DNA from: an uncultured Chitinophagaceae bacterium
Lineage (GTDB): Bacteria; Bacteroidota; Ignavibacteria; UBA10030; UBA8401
Length of the DNA stretch: 64,000 bases
Assembly: GCA_964367235.1 (NCBI GenBank)
Contig: CAYIXI010000002.1
Location: forward strand, 52,970-116,969
Reading direction: 5' to 3'
Shown: piece after piece, positions 48,003-57,228 of the stretch
How the letters are laid out: every line of letters starts with the position of its first letter
Numbering within the stretch: position 1 is the stretch's first letter
Translations under genes and position numbers: made by a program
The notes under the pieces: model-generated
The model's database searches: none
Told to the model about the DNA's origin: nothing
What the model saw: only the letters and a program-made list of their open reading frames with translations

Positions 48003-51000
48003 TCATTTGGCAATTACTAATTTACCAATTGATGATGAAGAATATTTTCCATCAATCGTTTTTGCTTCGACATTAAAAAGATAAACTCCATTTCCAATTT
48101 CATCTCCGTCGGCATCTAATCCATTCCAAGGGATTTTAATAAAATGATCCATCAATGCGAACTCTTCGAGAGTTTGAATTAATCTTCCGTTGATTGTATA
48201 GATTTTTATTTTTACATCAACAGCCGAAGTTTGATTTTGCTGAAATGTAAAATGGGTAAAATTTTTCATCGGATTTGGAATTGCAAAAAGATCTTTTATT
48301 TTTAATTCGTTGCTCGTTGCAATTCTAAAATTAATTTCAGTTGTACTTGAATTATTATAAGTATCCCACGCTTTAATTTTCAAAATATGTTCGCCATTTG
48401 CCAAATCATTCATTTGATATTCAATAATTCCCTCTTGATAAGTATCTTTTTTGCCGCGATAAAATTCAGTCAAATCAAAACTGGAAGAATTATTATCGAG
48501 CCACGCTTCAATCCGATGACCAATTCCACTACCAGTTGAATTTATTCCACTTGAATCGGTAAGTTCAATAAAAAGTTTCGGCGCACTTCCTAAAACATCA
48601 CTACTTTTAAAATTTTTATTGTCAAAATAAGCAAAAATATTCGGTCCAGTTTTATCAATTATTGTAGAAACGGCATCTCCGCCAATCATAAAATTTGTTG
48701 AAAAACCACGACCATCGCTGGAATCGGTAACAAAATAAAGGGATAAACGCCCGTTATTTTTTTCGTACGAAATATCTTTCGGCACAATAAAAGACGAATT
48801 CAGTATTCCATTTTTGATTGAATTTTCGCCTTTAAAAATTACAGCGCCGTTTTGTTTGAAAGTAAAATCAATTCCAAGATCTGAAATTGTTTTAAACCTA
48901 AACGCATCGTAAATGGTTAAAAGACTTGTACCTGAAAATTGATTTTGAATTTGTCCGATAGAATTTTTAACACTCCCGGTGATTGTGACTTTAGAAAGTG
49001 GTCGCAGTGTGTCAAATAAATTATTTGAAATCTTTTTTCCATTTATCGAATCAACAGTGAAAACTAATTTTGGAATTGCAAGTCTCAAAGTTGGATCTCC
49101 GAGCAAATGATATTTTTGATTATTTTCAGTACTTCCGCTTGATGGATCATTTTTTGCTAACGCAAGCGCATCTCCAAGTCGAGGAGTTTTATCAAATGGA
49201 TTAATTGGAAATAAATATTTGTACAACATATAATTAGTTGCAGCATTGTCACCAGACCAAACAACTCTTGTCGCGCTAATAACTCCAATTGCTCCGCCAT
49301 CGCGATTTAAAATAACTTCCTCTCCGCTACTAGATTGACCTGCTTCATCAAATCGTCCCCAATCGCAAGTTGCGGCAACAATTAGTGGTAAGTTTTTTTC
49401 GTTTGTTAATTGCGATTCGACATCATCTTTTGTTAAAACACTTTCGTGCGCCCAAACTTTCGGATTGCCATGACCGATGTAGTTCATCACTAATGTTCCA
49501 TCATTAATTTGATTGATGATTGCCTGTCGCGCTTCAGGTTTTCTTCTTCCACTGGAAGTTAAAAGAGTTGGATAATCACCGATAAATATTTTTTTAACAT
49601 CATAACTTTGTGGCACAAAATCATTCGAAAGAATTTCAGATTGATCTTCGTTCGGAGCGCCATCAATTGAATTATTTACATTATGATCATCGGAAACGAT
49701 TGTAATTAAATTTTTCCAATTACCAAATAGGAAATTTTTTTCGTACGCAATAATTCTATCAACAAAATGTTTTGCATCATTTAAAGTTCGCGCAGTTAAT
49801 CTGCCATTAGAAAGTGAAACTATCCCACTATTTAAACTATCAAGTCCACAAAAGAAATCATCATAATTGTAAGTTGCAATTTGCAAATTGCTATTTGCAG
49901 TTTCAAATGAAGGGACAAAGTTTTTATCGTTTTTTAATATTCCCTTAAAATCGTAACTTGCATCGCCAAAAAATAAAACATGTTTTGGCTTAATCGTCCA
50001 ATTTTTCCTCGCAAACGCCAAGTAATCCCGCATCGAAACAGGATCTGGCATTCCGAAAGAAAAATCGTTGTACAGCGAATCCATCTCTATAATAGTAGTG
50101 GTAAGTTTCTCATCGATCGGCAAACTTTCCTTGTGAGATTTTAATCTTTTTGCTTCGCTCAAAAAATCGCGATGAGTAAAAATTACAAAGTCGGAAGAAA
50201 GATTGTTTGAACGCAAATCAAAATTCGGAATTTTTATTGCAGAGGAAATTGTTTGTGCAACATCAACAGTGCTTGCCCAATAAGTTTTAATTTGATTTGA
50301 AGTATTTTCGTCGATAAAAGTAAAAGTGCCAAGTTGCTGTTCAGTATTTGTCGTTATAAGTGAAGTTGAAAATATATCGGTTGCATCAAAAACTAAAATC
50401 GAATTTTTTGAAAAAGAAGAAATAAAATATTTTATTTCGCCACTGGTATCAGGTGATGAAAAATTTAAAATATCATTTGTTGCACGGAGAGTTTGCGTGT
50501 AAAATATTTCTACAAAATCAATGTAACCGGTGGCAAAATTACTTGATGCTTTGTAACTAAATTTTAAAACGGTTCTATCATCATTTAAAATTGGAAGGAG
50601 AGAATATTTTTCAATCGCTGGGCGAGCATATTCGCCAATCGGATCTCCATTGATTTCATAATCATTCATAAAAGGGATTGTAATCGTACCAATATTTTTT
50701 CCACTTTCATCAATTGTAAAAGTTGAGTTGACATTTGAGCGAGCAAATACTTTTGTGTTGTAAAATATTTGAGTGTTTAAGGTGTAGCCATTTAATTTTG
50801 CAGAATAAACTTTTGAATCGTTTGGATTCATTGGCGAACTAAACCATTCTAAACCTGATTGCGTTACATTGGCTTTTTCTTCGTCAAAAAATATTTTGCC
50901 AATAGTTTGTGTTAAATAATTTTGTGGGCTTCCGATTATATTTTTGGTTTGAATTATTTTAGGATTTTGTTGAGGCTGAATTCTTAAAAAATAATAATTT

Positions 51001-51995
51001 GTGTTCGTGTATGGATTTGTATAGTGAGAAAATGTTTTTTCAAGCGACGAATAATCCCAACCTAAAACACCTTTCGCAAAAAATAAAATATAATCATCGT
51101 CATCAAATTTATTATTGTTATTATTATCGACATATTTTAATGGGAGTTGCTGGTTTTCAGTTTTCCTTGGCGAAGAGAGTTGAGTCGGTAAAATTTTTCC
51201 ATCACCACCAAAAATTGCAATATCAAAAATTGATGGGAGATTTGCTGGTGTAATTCCTATTTTTTTAAGTAGCGAAACATCGATTTTGTAAAGTCCATCT
51301 TCGGTAATTCCAAACTTCCACCAATCGCCATCTGCAAATAAAGATTTTTGATTTGCAATATTTAGAGATGATTTAATATGAGTTTCGTTTGACAATTCAA
51401 TTTTAAAAATTATTTTTGTGTATTTTTTTAGTGTTGATGTTTGAACATCAAAATGTAGTGGGTTCACTTTTACAAACCCAATTAATTTATTTTGATAATC
51501 AAAAGCATTTGATATTTCTACAATTTCTTTTTTTTCGTCCTTAAAAGATTTAATTAAATATTTTTTTTGAATCGAACCATTTTTAATTTCATATTTTGGT
51601 ACAAATGCAATTTTATAATTTGGAGTAATTTCAAATTCAGACTCTATTATAGTAATGATATTTCCAGATTTTGAATTTAAATCTAACGGAAAACTTCTAA
51701 ATCTCAAATCGGCTAATCCACTATCACTTTCTTGTTGCGCCGAACAATTAAAAAAAACTGGAAGTAAAAATTCCATACCATCAATTGTAATTTTCTTTTC
51801 AATAAATTTCGGCTTGAATTCATAAATTAAATAACTACGCGAAGATTCAATCAGCCGTAATTCGTCATCGAAGGCGAATAAACCATCTGTTGCCAAAATA
51901 AATAAAAATATAAAATTTAAGTATTTCATCTCTATAAAATAAAAAATCCGAATATTAAGGCAAAGCCTATAACATTCGGAACAATTTCCATACAA
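48003..51995 (-). CDS. porU: T9SS C-terminal signal peptidase PorU (gingipain-like C25 cysteine peptidase family) with its own CTD. Probable ATG start at about 51929; the track start at 51995 is a TTG.
   Basis: Signal peptide MKYLNFIFLFILATDGLFA, a large C25-like central region (..GHGNPKVWAHESVLT.. ..VAATCDWGRFD..: catalytic His/Cys context), and a C-terminal Por_Secre_tail (KIKIYTINGRLIQTLEE...GVYLFNVEAKTIDGKYSSSSIGKLVIAK). Confidence 0.65.
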   Translation of the reverse strand: MYGNCSECYRLCLNIRIFYFIEMKYLNFIFLFILATDGLFAFDDELRLIESSRSYLIYEFKPKFIEKKITIDGMEFLLPVFFNCSAQQESDSGLADLRFRSFPLDLNSKSGNIITIIESEFEITPNYKIAFVPKYEIKNGSIQKKYLIKSFKDEKKEIVEISNAFDYQNKLIGFVKVNPLHFDVQTSTLKKYTKIIFKIELSNETHIKSSLNIANQKSLFADGDWWKFGITEDGLYKIDVSLLKKIGITPANLPSIFDIAIFGGDGKILPTQLSSPRKTENQQLPLKYVDNNNNNKFDDDDYILFFAKGVLGWDYSSLEKTFSHYTNPYTNTNYYFLRIQPQQNPKIIQTKNIIGSPQNYLTQTIGKIFFDEEKANVTQSGLEWFSSPMNPNDSKVYSAKLNGYTLNTQIFYNTKVFARSNVNSTFTIDESGKNIGTITIPFMNDYEINGDPIGEYARPAIEKYSLLPILNDDRTVLKFSYKASSNFATGYIDFVEIFYTQTLRATNDILNFSSPDTSGEIKYFISSFSKNSILVFDATDIFSTSLITTNTEQQLGTFTFIDENTSNQIKTYWASTVDVAQTISSAIKIPNFDLRSNNLSSDFVIFTHRDFLSEAKRLKSHKESLPIDEKLTTTIIEMDSLYNDFSFGMPDPVSMRDYLAFARKNWTIKPKHVLFFGDASYDFKGILKNDKNFVPSFETANSNLQIATYNYDDFFCGLDSLNSGIVSLSNGRLTARTLNDAKHFVDRIIAYEKNFLFGNWKNLITIVSDDHNVNNSIDGAPNEDQSEILSNDFVPQSYDVKKIFIGDYPTLLTSSGRRKPEARQAIINQINDGTLVMNYIGHGNPKVWAHESVLTKDDVESQLTNEKNLPLIVAATCDWGRFDEAGQSSSGEEVILNRDGGAIGVISATRVVWSGDNAATNYMLYKYLFPINPFDKTPRLGDALALAKNDPSSGSTENNQKYHLLGDPTLRLAIPKLVFTVDSINGKKISNNLFDTLRPLSKVTITGSVKNSIGQIQNQFSGTSLLTIYDAFRFKTISDLGIDFTFKQNGAVIFKGENSIKNGILNSSFIVPKDISYEKNNGRLSLYFVTDSSDGRGFSTNFMIGGDAVSTIIDKTGPNIFAYFDNKNFKSSDVLGSAPKLFIELTDSSGINSTGSGIGHRIEAWLDNNSSSFDLTEFYRGKKDTYQEGIIEYQMNDLANGEHILKIKAWDTYNNSSTTEINFRIATSNELKIKDLFAIPNPMKNFTHFTFQQNQTSAVDVKIKIYTINGRLIQTLEEFALMDHFIKIPWNGLDADGDEIGNGVYLFNVEAKTIDGKYSSSSIGKLVIAK

Positions 51996-52168
51996 TAGTT
52001 AAAGGTTGCCTCTGAAGAACAAAAACTAAAACACCTTTAACAATTTTCTATAAAATCTAATCCTTTCGTTTTTTCAAATATAGAGAAGAGTAATTTATAA
52101 ATCAAGCAATTGAATTTGTTTTTGCACTAATATTTTAGTTTTTTAAACCCATTAATCATAAAATTATT
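51996..52168. promoter_or_regulatory. Divergent intergenic region between porU and the M61 peptidase gene, with inverted repeat TTAAAGGTT-N24-CACCTTTAA (51999-52040)
   Basis: Read directly from the sequence: an 8/9 match between arms. Candidate operator for a dimeric regulator. Confidence 0.3.
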
Positions 52169-53944
52169 ATGCAAAAATTATTTTTTTCTTTATTACTTTT
52201 TTGGACTACAATGAACTCCTCAAATCAGATTAAAATCCAATACATATTGAGCATGCCAAAGCCGCAAACTCATATTTTTGAAGTTGAAATGAAAATCTCT
52301 GGTTATTCGCACAAAGAAAAATTTATCGACTTTCAACTTCCCGTTTGGAGAAGTGGAAGATATATGATTTTTGATTTTGCCAGCGGAGTTTTAGAATTTA
52401 TCGCAATCGATGATGCCGGTAAAAAATTGAATTTCAAAAAAACTTCAAAATCAATCTGGAGAGTTGAAACTAATAATTCCAAAGAAATATCAATCAAGTA
52501 CAAAATTTATGCGAATGAATTTAAATTTCGTACTCGCGGATTAAATAGCGAACATGGTTTTGTTGATGGCAGTAGCGTATTTATGTTTGTCGAAAAATTT
52601 CGCAACCTCCCGATCGAATTAAAAGCTCTCCCTTTTGACGATTGGAAAGTAACTACCGGGCTTCAATATGAATCGAAAAATATTTTTAGCGCGCCAAATT
52701 ACGATTATTTAGTTGACTGTCCGCTTGAGATTGGAAACCAAACTGAAATTGATTTTGATGTTGATGGAATTCCTCACACGATTATGATTTTTGGAAATAA
52801 TAAAGTTCCTCGCGATACAATGATTTCCGATTTTACAAAAATAATTAAGTCGCAGAAAAAATTTTGGGGAATGTATCCGTACAAAAAATATATTTTCATG
52901 ATTCATTCAACTTCGCTTGGCGGAGGCGGAACTGAACATATCAATTCTACAATTATGGGAACCACTCCGCAAAATTTAAATTCGATTGAAGAATATCGCA
53001 CAAAATTTCTCGGACTTGTTTCGCACGAATTTTTTCACACTTGGAATGTAAAGTATCTTCGACCAAAAGGAATTGTTCCATACAATTTTATGGAAGAAAA
53101 TTATCTTGAAGAATTGTGGATTGCCGAAGGAACAACTTCTTATTTTGATGATTTAATTTTAGTTCGCGAAAAATTTAAATCCACCGAAAATTATTTAAAA
53201 GAATTTGCGCAAAGAGTTCAAAACGACCGAGCTCGTCCCGGAAATTTAGTGCAATCTGTTTCCGAATCCAGTTTTGATTCGTGGGTAAAATTTTGGCGCA
53301 ATACTCCGCAATCCTTTAATTTTGAAAGCGATTATTACGAAAAGGGCGCCAATGTTTCTTTTATTCTCGATATGGAATTACGCGCTTCAACAAATAATAA
53401 AATCTCACTCGATGATGTTTTTAGAGAAATGTTAAAAAGATTTCCGTTTGCTTCCGCTGGTTACGATTTAACTGATTTCAAAAAAGTTTGCGAAGAACTT
53501 TCAAATAAAAATTTGAATGAATTTTTTAATAAATATGTTTATGGCGTTGCGCCAATTCCTTGGGAAAAATATTTTAATGTTGTCGGATTTGAATTGATGA
53601 AAAAAGATTCAATCCAACAGCCATTGATTGGGATTTCTGTTCAAGAATCAAATGAGAAAACAATCGTAACAAATATTTCAAGTGGCTCTCCTTTTTTCAA
53701 TTCTGGTTTAGATGTTGGCGATGAAATAATTTCAATTAACGATAAAAGAGTTAAGGGAAATTTTGCAAATTCAACTTCGCAATTAAAAATAAATGAAAAA
53801 ATTTCAATACTATTTTCTCACGGCGACGATGTAAAAATAATTTCACTTAATTTAAATATTGCAAAACAAGATGCTTACATTTTAAAACAAATTTCAAATC
53901 CATCAGCAATACAAAAGCAAACTTATTTATCTTGGCTTAATTAA
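52169..53944 (+). CDS. M61 glycyl aminopeptidase with C-terminal PDZ domain (secreted)
   Basis: Signal peptide, HEFFHTWN HExxH motif in M61 context, C-terminal PDZ-like GISVQESNEKTIVTNISSGSPFFNSGLDVGDEIISIN. Confidence 0.8.
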   Translation: MQKLFFSLLLFWTTMNSSNQIKIQYILSMPKPQTHIFEVEMKISGYSHKEKFIDFQLPVWRSGRYMIFDFASGVLEFIAIDDAGKKLNFKKTSKSIWRVETNNSKEISIKYKIYANEFKFRTRGLNSEHGFVDGSSVFMFVEKFRNLPIELKALPFDDWKVTTGLQYESKNIFSAPNYDYLVDCPLEIGNQTEIDFDVDGIPHTIMIFGNNKVPRDTMISDFTKIIKSQKKFWGMYPYKKYIFMIHSTSLGGGGTEHINSTIMGTTPQNLNSIEEYRTKFLGLVSHEFFHTWNVKYLRPKGIVPYNFMEENYLEELWIAEGTTSYFDDLILVREKFKSTENYLKEFAQRVQNDRARPGNLVQSVSESSFDSWVKFWRNTPQSFNFESDYYEKGANVSFILDMELRASTNNKISLDDVFREMLKRFPFASAGYDLTDFKKVCEELSNKNLNEFFNKYVYGVAPIPWEKYFNVVGFELMKKDSIQQPLIGISVQESNEKTIVTNISSGSPFFNSGLDVGDEIISINDKRVKGNFANSTSQLKINEKISILFSHGDDVKIISLNLNIAKQDAYILKQISNPSAIQKQTYLSWLN

Positions 53945-54015
53945 AAAAAGTAAATTCGCTTCGTTGATTATAATCTAATTTTTTGCTAAATTGATTTAAA
54001 TTTAAATCAAACTCG

Positions 54016-55488
54016 ATGGCAAAACAATTAAATATTTTATTTGTTTCAAGCGAAGTTGACCCGTTTGCAAAAACTGGTGGATTAGCAGATGTTTGTAGCG
54101 CCTTGCCACACATGGTAAAAGAAATGGGGCAAGAGGTTCGCGTTATGATGCCTCGTTATGGAAGTATCTCCGATAGAAAATTTATGATTCACAATGTTAT
54201 TCGCCTAAAAGAAATTCCAATACCAGTCGGAAAAGAAGAAAAATTAACAAGCATCAATTCATCTTTTATAGCAACCATCAAAACAAAAGTTCAAGTTTAT
54301 TTTTTATCGAACAAAGAATATTTTAATCGCGATGGGCTTTACGCTTCAAATAAAACTCATGTTGATTTTAAAGACAACGACGAAAGATTTATTTTTTTCT
54401 GTCGCGGTGTGCTTGAAACTTTGAAGCGACTTGGATGGCAACCCGATATTATCCATTGCAACGATTGGCAAACCGGCTTAATCCCCGCATATATGAAGAC
54501 GATTTACGCGAACGACCCTTTTTATAAAAATATTAAAACAATTTTTACGATTCATAATTTGGCTTATCAAGGAAATTTTCCTGAATCTACTTTGGCAAAA
54601 ACAGGATTGCCAAAGGAACTTTATAACGATGACGGAGTCAAATTTAAAAATCAGTTTAGTTTTATAAAAGCTGGAATTGCCTTTGCAGATATGGTTACCA
54701 CAGTTAGCGACCAATACGCGAAAGAGATTTCTTCTTCGAAAGAATTTGGTTATGGATTTGAGGAATTTATTAAAAAGAAAAAAATAAATTTGACCGGAAT
54801 TTTAAATGGCATCAATTATAATGTTTGGAATCCAGAAATTGATCCACTTATTTCGAAAAGATTTAATTCAAAATCGATTGAAGGAAAATTAGGAAATAAG
54901 ATTGAAGTGCTCGAACGGTTCGGCTTGGAATCTAATTACAATGTCCCGCTTTTTGGAATGATTTCTCGATTAGTTCCACTTAAAGGAATCGAATTAATCG
55001 AAAAAATTGCCGATAAGTTTTTAAAACACGATGTCAGATTTGTTATACTTGGATCTGGAGAAAAAAAATATCAATCAATTTTTGAAAAATTGCAAAAGAA
55101 ATATAAAAACAAAGTTGGATTTATAAATGCTTTTGATGAAGAGCTTGCTCATTTAGTTGAAGCTGGTTGCGATGTTTATTTAATGCCATCGGAGTGCGAG
55201 CCATGCGGACTTAATCAAATGTATTCGCTTCGTTACGGAACAATTCCAATTGTCAGATCAACTGGCGGACTTGATGACACAATTCGCGATGTCAAAAAAC
55301 CAAATGGCACCGGATTTAAATTTGAGAAATTTGATGCGAACGAACTTTTAGTTTCAATTGAACGAGCATTGAAATTATACAAAAATAAAACTCAGTGGCA
55401 AAAAATTATGCGTAACGGGATGTCGGAAAATCTTTCATGGGAAGCATCTGCAAAAAAATATATTTCTCTTTATCGTAAACTTATTTGA
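54016..55488 (+). CDS. glgA: Glycogen/starch synthase (GT5)
   Basis: KTGGLADV N-terminal signature and full-length GlgA similarity, 490 aa. Confidence 0.85.
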   Translation: MAKQLNILFVSSEVDPFAKTGGLADVCSALPHMVKEMGQEVRVMMPRYGSISDRKFMIHNVIRLKEIPIPVGKEEKLTSINSSFIATIKTKVQVYFLSNKEYFNRDGLYASNKTHVDFKDNDERFIFFCRGVLETLKRLGWQPDIIHCNDWQTGLIPAYMKTIYANDPFYKNIKTIFTIHNLAYQGNFPESTLAKTGLPKELYNDDGVKFKNQFSFIKAGIAFADMVTTVSDQYAKEISSSKEFGYGFEEFIKKKKINLTGILNGINYNVWNPEIDPLISKRFNSKSIEGKLGNKIEVLERFGLESNYNVPLFGMISRLVPLKGIELIEKIADKFLKHDVRFVILGSGEKKYQSIFEKLQKKYKNKVGFINAFDEELAHLVEAGCDVYLMPSECEPCGLNQMYSLRYGTIPIVRSTGGLDDTIRDVKKPNGTGFKFEKFDANELLVSIERALKLYKNKTQWQKIMRNGMSENLSWEASAKKYISLYRKLI

Positions 55489-56084
55489 TAATGAGTGGCA
55501 GTTCAATTGATCGGGTTGCAGTTTTTTTAGATCGTGATGGAACAATAATTGAAAATGTTCCATATCTGGCAAATCCAAATGAGTTAAAGTTTTTACCAAA
55601 TAGTGTTGAAGCAATTCGTTTGTTGAATGAAATCGGAGTAAAAGTTTTTGTAATTACAAATCAATCTGGCATTGCTCGTGGATTTTTATCGGAAGAAATA
55701 TTAAATGATATTCATTTTCGAATGCATGAAATTTTAAAATCTAACAACGCAAAAATTGATAAATTTTTTTATTGCCCGCATTTGATTGATAGTACAATTG
55801 AAAAATATTCCGTTGATTGTGATTGCAGAAAACCAAAATCGGGCTTGATTTTGCAAGCGTTTAACAAATACAACATTGATTTAAATTCTTCATTTGTTAT
55901 CGGCGATAGCGCCGCAGATATGTTGGCTGGAAAAAATGTCGGAGCATTTACGATTTTAGTCCAAACGGGCTACGGAAAAAGAGATAAAGATAGTTCTGTT
56001 TCATCAACCGATTTTGTTGCAAACGATTTGCTTGACGCTGTAAAATTTATTTCATCTAAAATTAAAAAACTTTATGCTGTTTAA
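55485..56084 (+). CDS. HAD-superfamily phosphatase, GmhB-like (D,D-heptose 1,7-bisphosphate phosphatase / histidinol-phosphatase family)
   Basis: FLDRDGTII motif I, the CxCxxC...C zinc site of GmhB (CPHLIDSTIEKYSVDCDCRKPK) and GDSAADM motif. Overlaps the glgA stop by 4 nt. Confidence 0.7.
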   Translation: MIMSGSSIDRVAVFLDRDGTIIENVPYLANPNELKFLPNSVEAIRLLNEIGVKVFVITNQSGIARGFLSEEILNDIHFRMHEILKSNNAKIDKFFYCPHLIDSTIEKYSVDCDCRKPKSGLILQAFNKYNIDLNSSFVIGDSAADMLAGKNVGAFTILVQTGYGKRDKDSSVSSTDFVANDLLDAVKFISSKIKKLYAV

Positions 56085-57228
56085 AAAATTTCATCTATTA
56101 TATTATTTCTTAATTGTTGTTTTGATTTCCTCTTGCGCAAAAAAACCGCATAACATTGGTTCATCGCTAATCGCTGGAGATGAATATTATTTTGTGAACG
56201 ATGTTGTAATTGATACTGCGACTTTTTCTTCTTATAAATTCTCTATTCCCAACGGCACAAGCGATAGAATTATTTCTGGAAAATCTGATACTTTGGAAGT
56301 AACAGCACTTTTGAAGTTTAACGCAACTTTAAGTGATACACTTAATAGTGTAAAAATTGATACTGCAGAAATAACTTTAATCACCTCCGATTTTGTAGAT
56401 GTTGCAAATGCTAAAAACGATTTTGAATTTTTTGAGATTACTTCGCCATGGTCAAATTCTTTTTCAAACGATTCATTGCAAAATTTAACGACTGCAAATT
56501 TGGTTGGTACAATTAGTGACACAATTAAAACTTTCAGAATCTTTAGTGCAATTATTGATACCACAACAATCCGAAAATTTATAAATGATTTAATTGACAC
56601 AACCAAACCACAATTTAATGGCTTTGCTATTAAACCAAAAATTAGTACAAACGGTTTTGTCGGATTTTATTCTTTTAATTATTCTGATCCTTTATTTTAT
56701 CCAAAATTAAAAATTAAATTTTCAAAAAATAATAAGCGCGATTCAATTACAATTTCAACAGGTGTTTCAACCTTTGGCGTAAAGCAAATAATTCAATATC
56801 AAACTCCTTTGCAAAATTTAATTACACAAGCTGGGCTAAATTATCGCACACAATTAAAATTCGATTTGAGTAACATCCCAAATAAAGCATTTATAAATCG
56901 CGCAACATTGGAATTAGTTTTGTCATCAAAAAAAATTGGCGCTTTAAGTTTAGATACGCTAATTGTTTCGATGGTCAGAAAAACTGCCCCTGCGGATTCG
57001 CTTTTTTATTTCCCTGTTTATTCATATCGCCAAAGCGCGGATTCGCTTGTATATTGGGCTAATTTAACTACTCAGGCTCAAAGTTGGGTGATTGATTCAA
57101 CAAAAAATTTCGGAATCGTAATTAGATCGCTTAACGAAAATAGTTCGCTCGACAAACATTTATTTTATCTTCCGACAGCAAATAAAAATTTAAGACCAAA
57201 ACTTAAAATTACTTACTCAATTAAATGA
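56074..57228 (+). CDS. Hypothetical lipoprotein (possibly DUF4270-like)
   Basis: Lipobox LISSC after a signal sequence; Ser/Thr/Asn-rich. Proteins of this kind are often adjacent to glgA in Bacteroidota. From memory only. Confidence 0.4.
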   Translation: MLFKKFHLLYYFLIVVLISSCAKKPHNIGSSLIAGDEYYFVNDVVIDTATFSSYKFSIPNGTSDRIISGKSDTLEVTALLKFNATLSDTLNSVKIDTAEITLITSDFVDVANAKNDFEFFEITSPWSNSFSNDSLQNLTTANLVGTISDTIKTFRIFSAIIDTTTIRKFINDLIDTTKPQFNGFAIKPKISTNGFVGFYSFNYSDPLFYPKLKIKFSKNNKRDSITISTGVSTFGVKQIIQYQTPLQNLITQAGLNYRTQLKFDLSNIPNKAFINRATLELVLSSKKIGALSLDTLIVSMVRKTAPADSLFYFPVYSYRQSADSLVYWANLTTQAQSWVIDSTKNFGIVIRSLNENSSLDKHLFYLPTANKNLRPKLKITYSIK

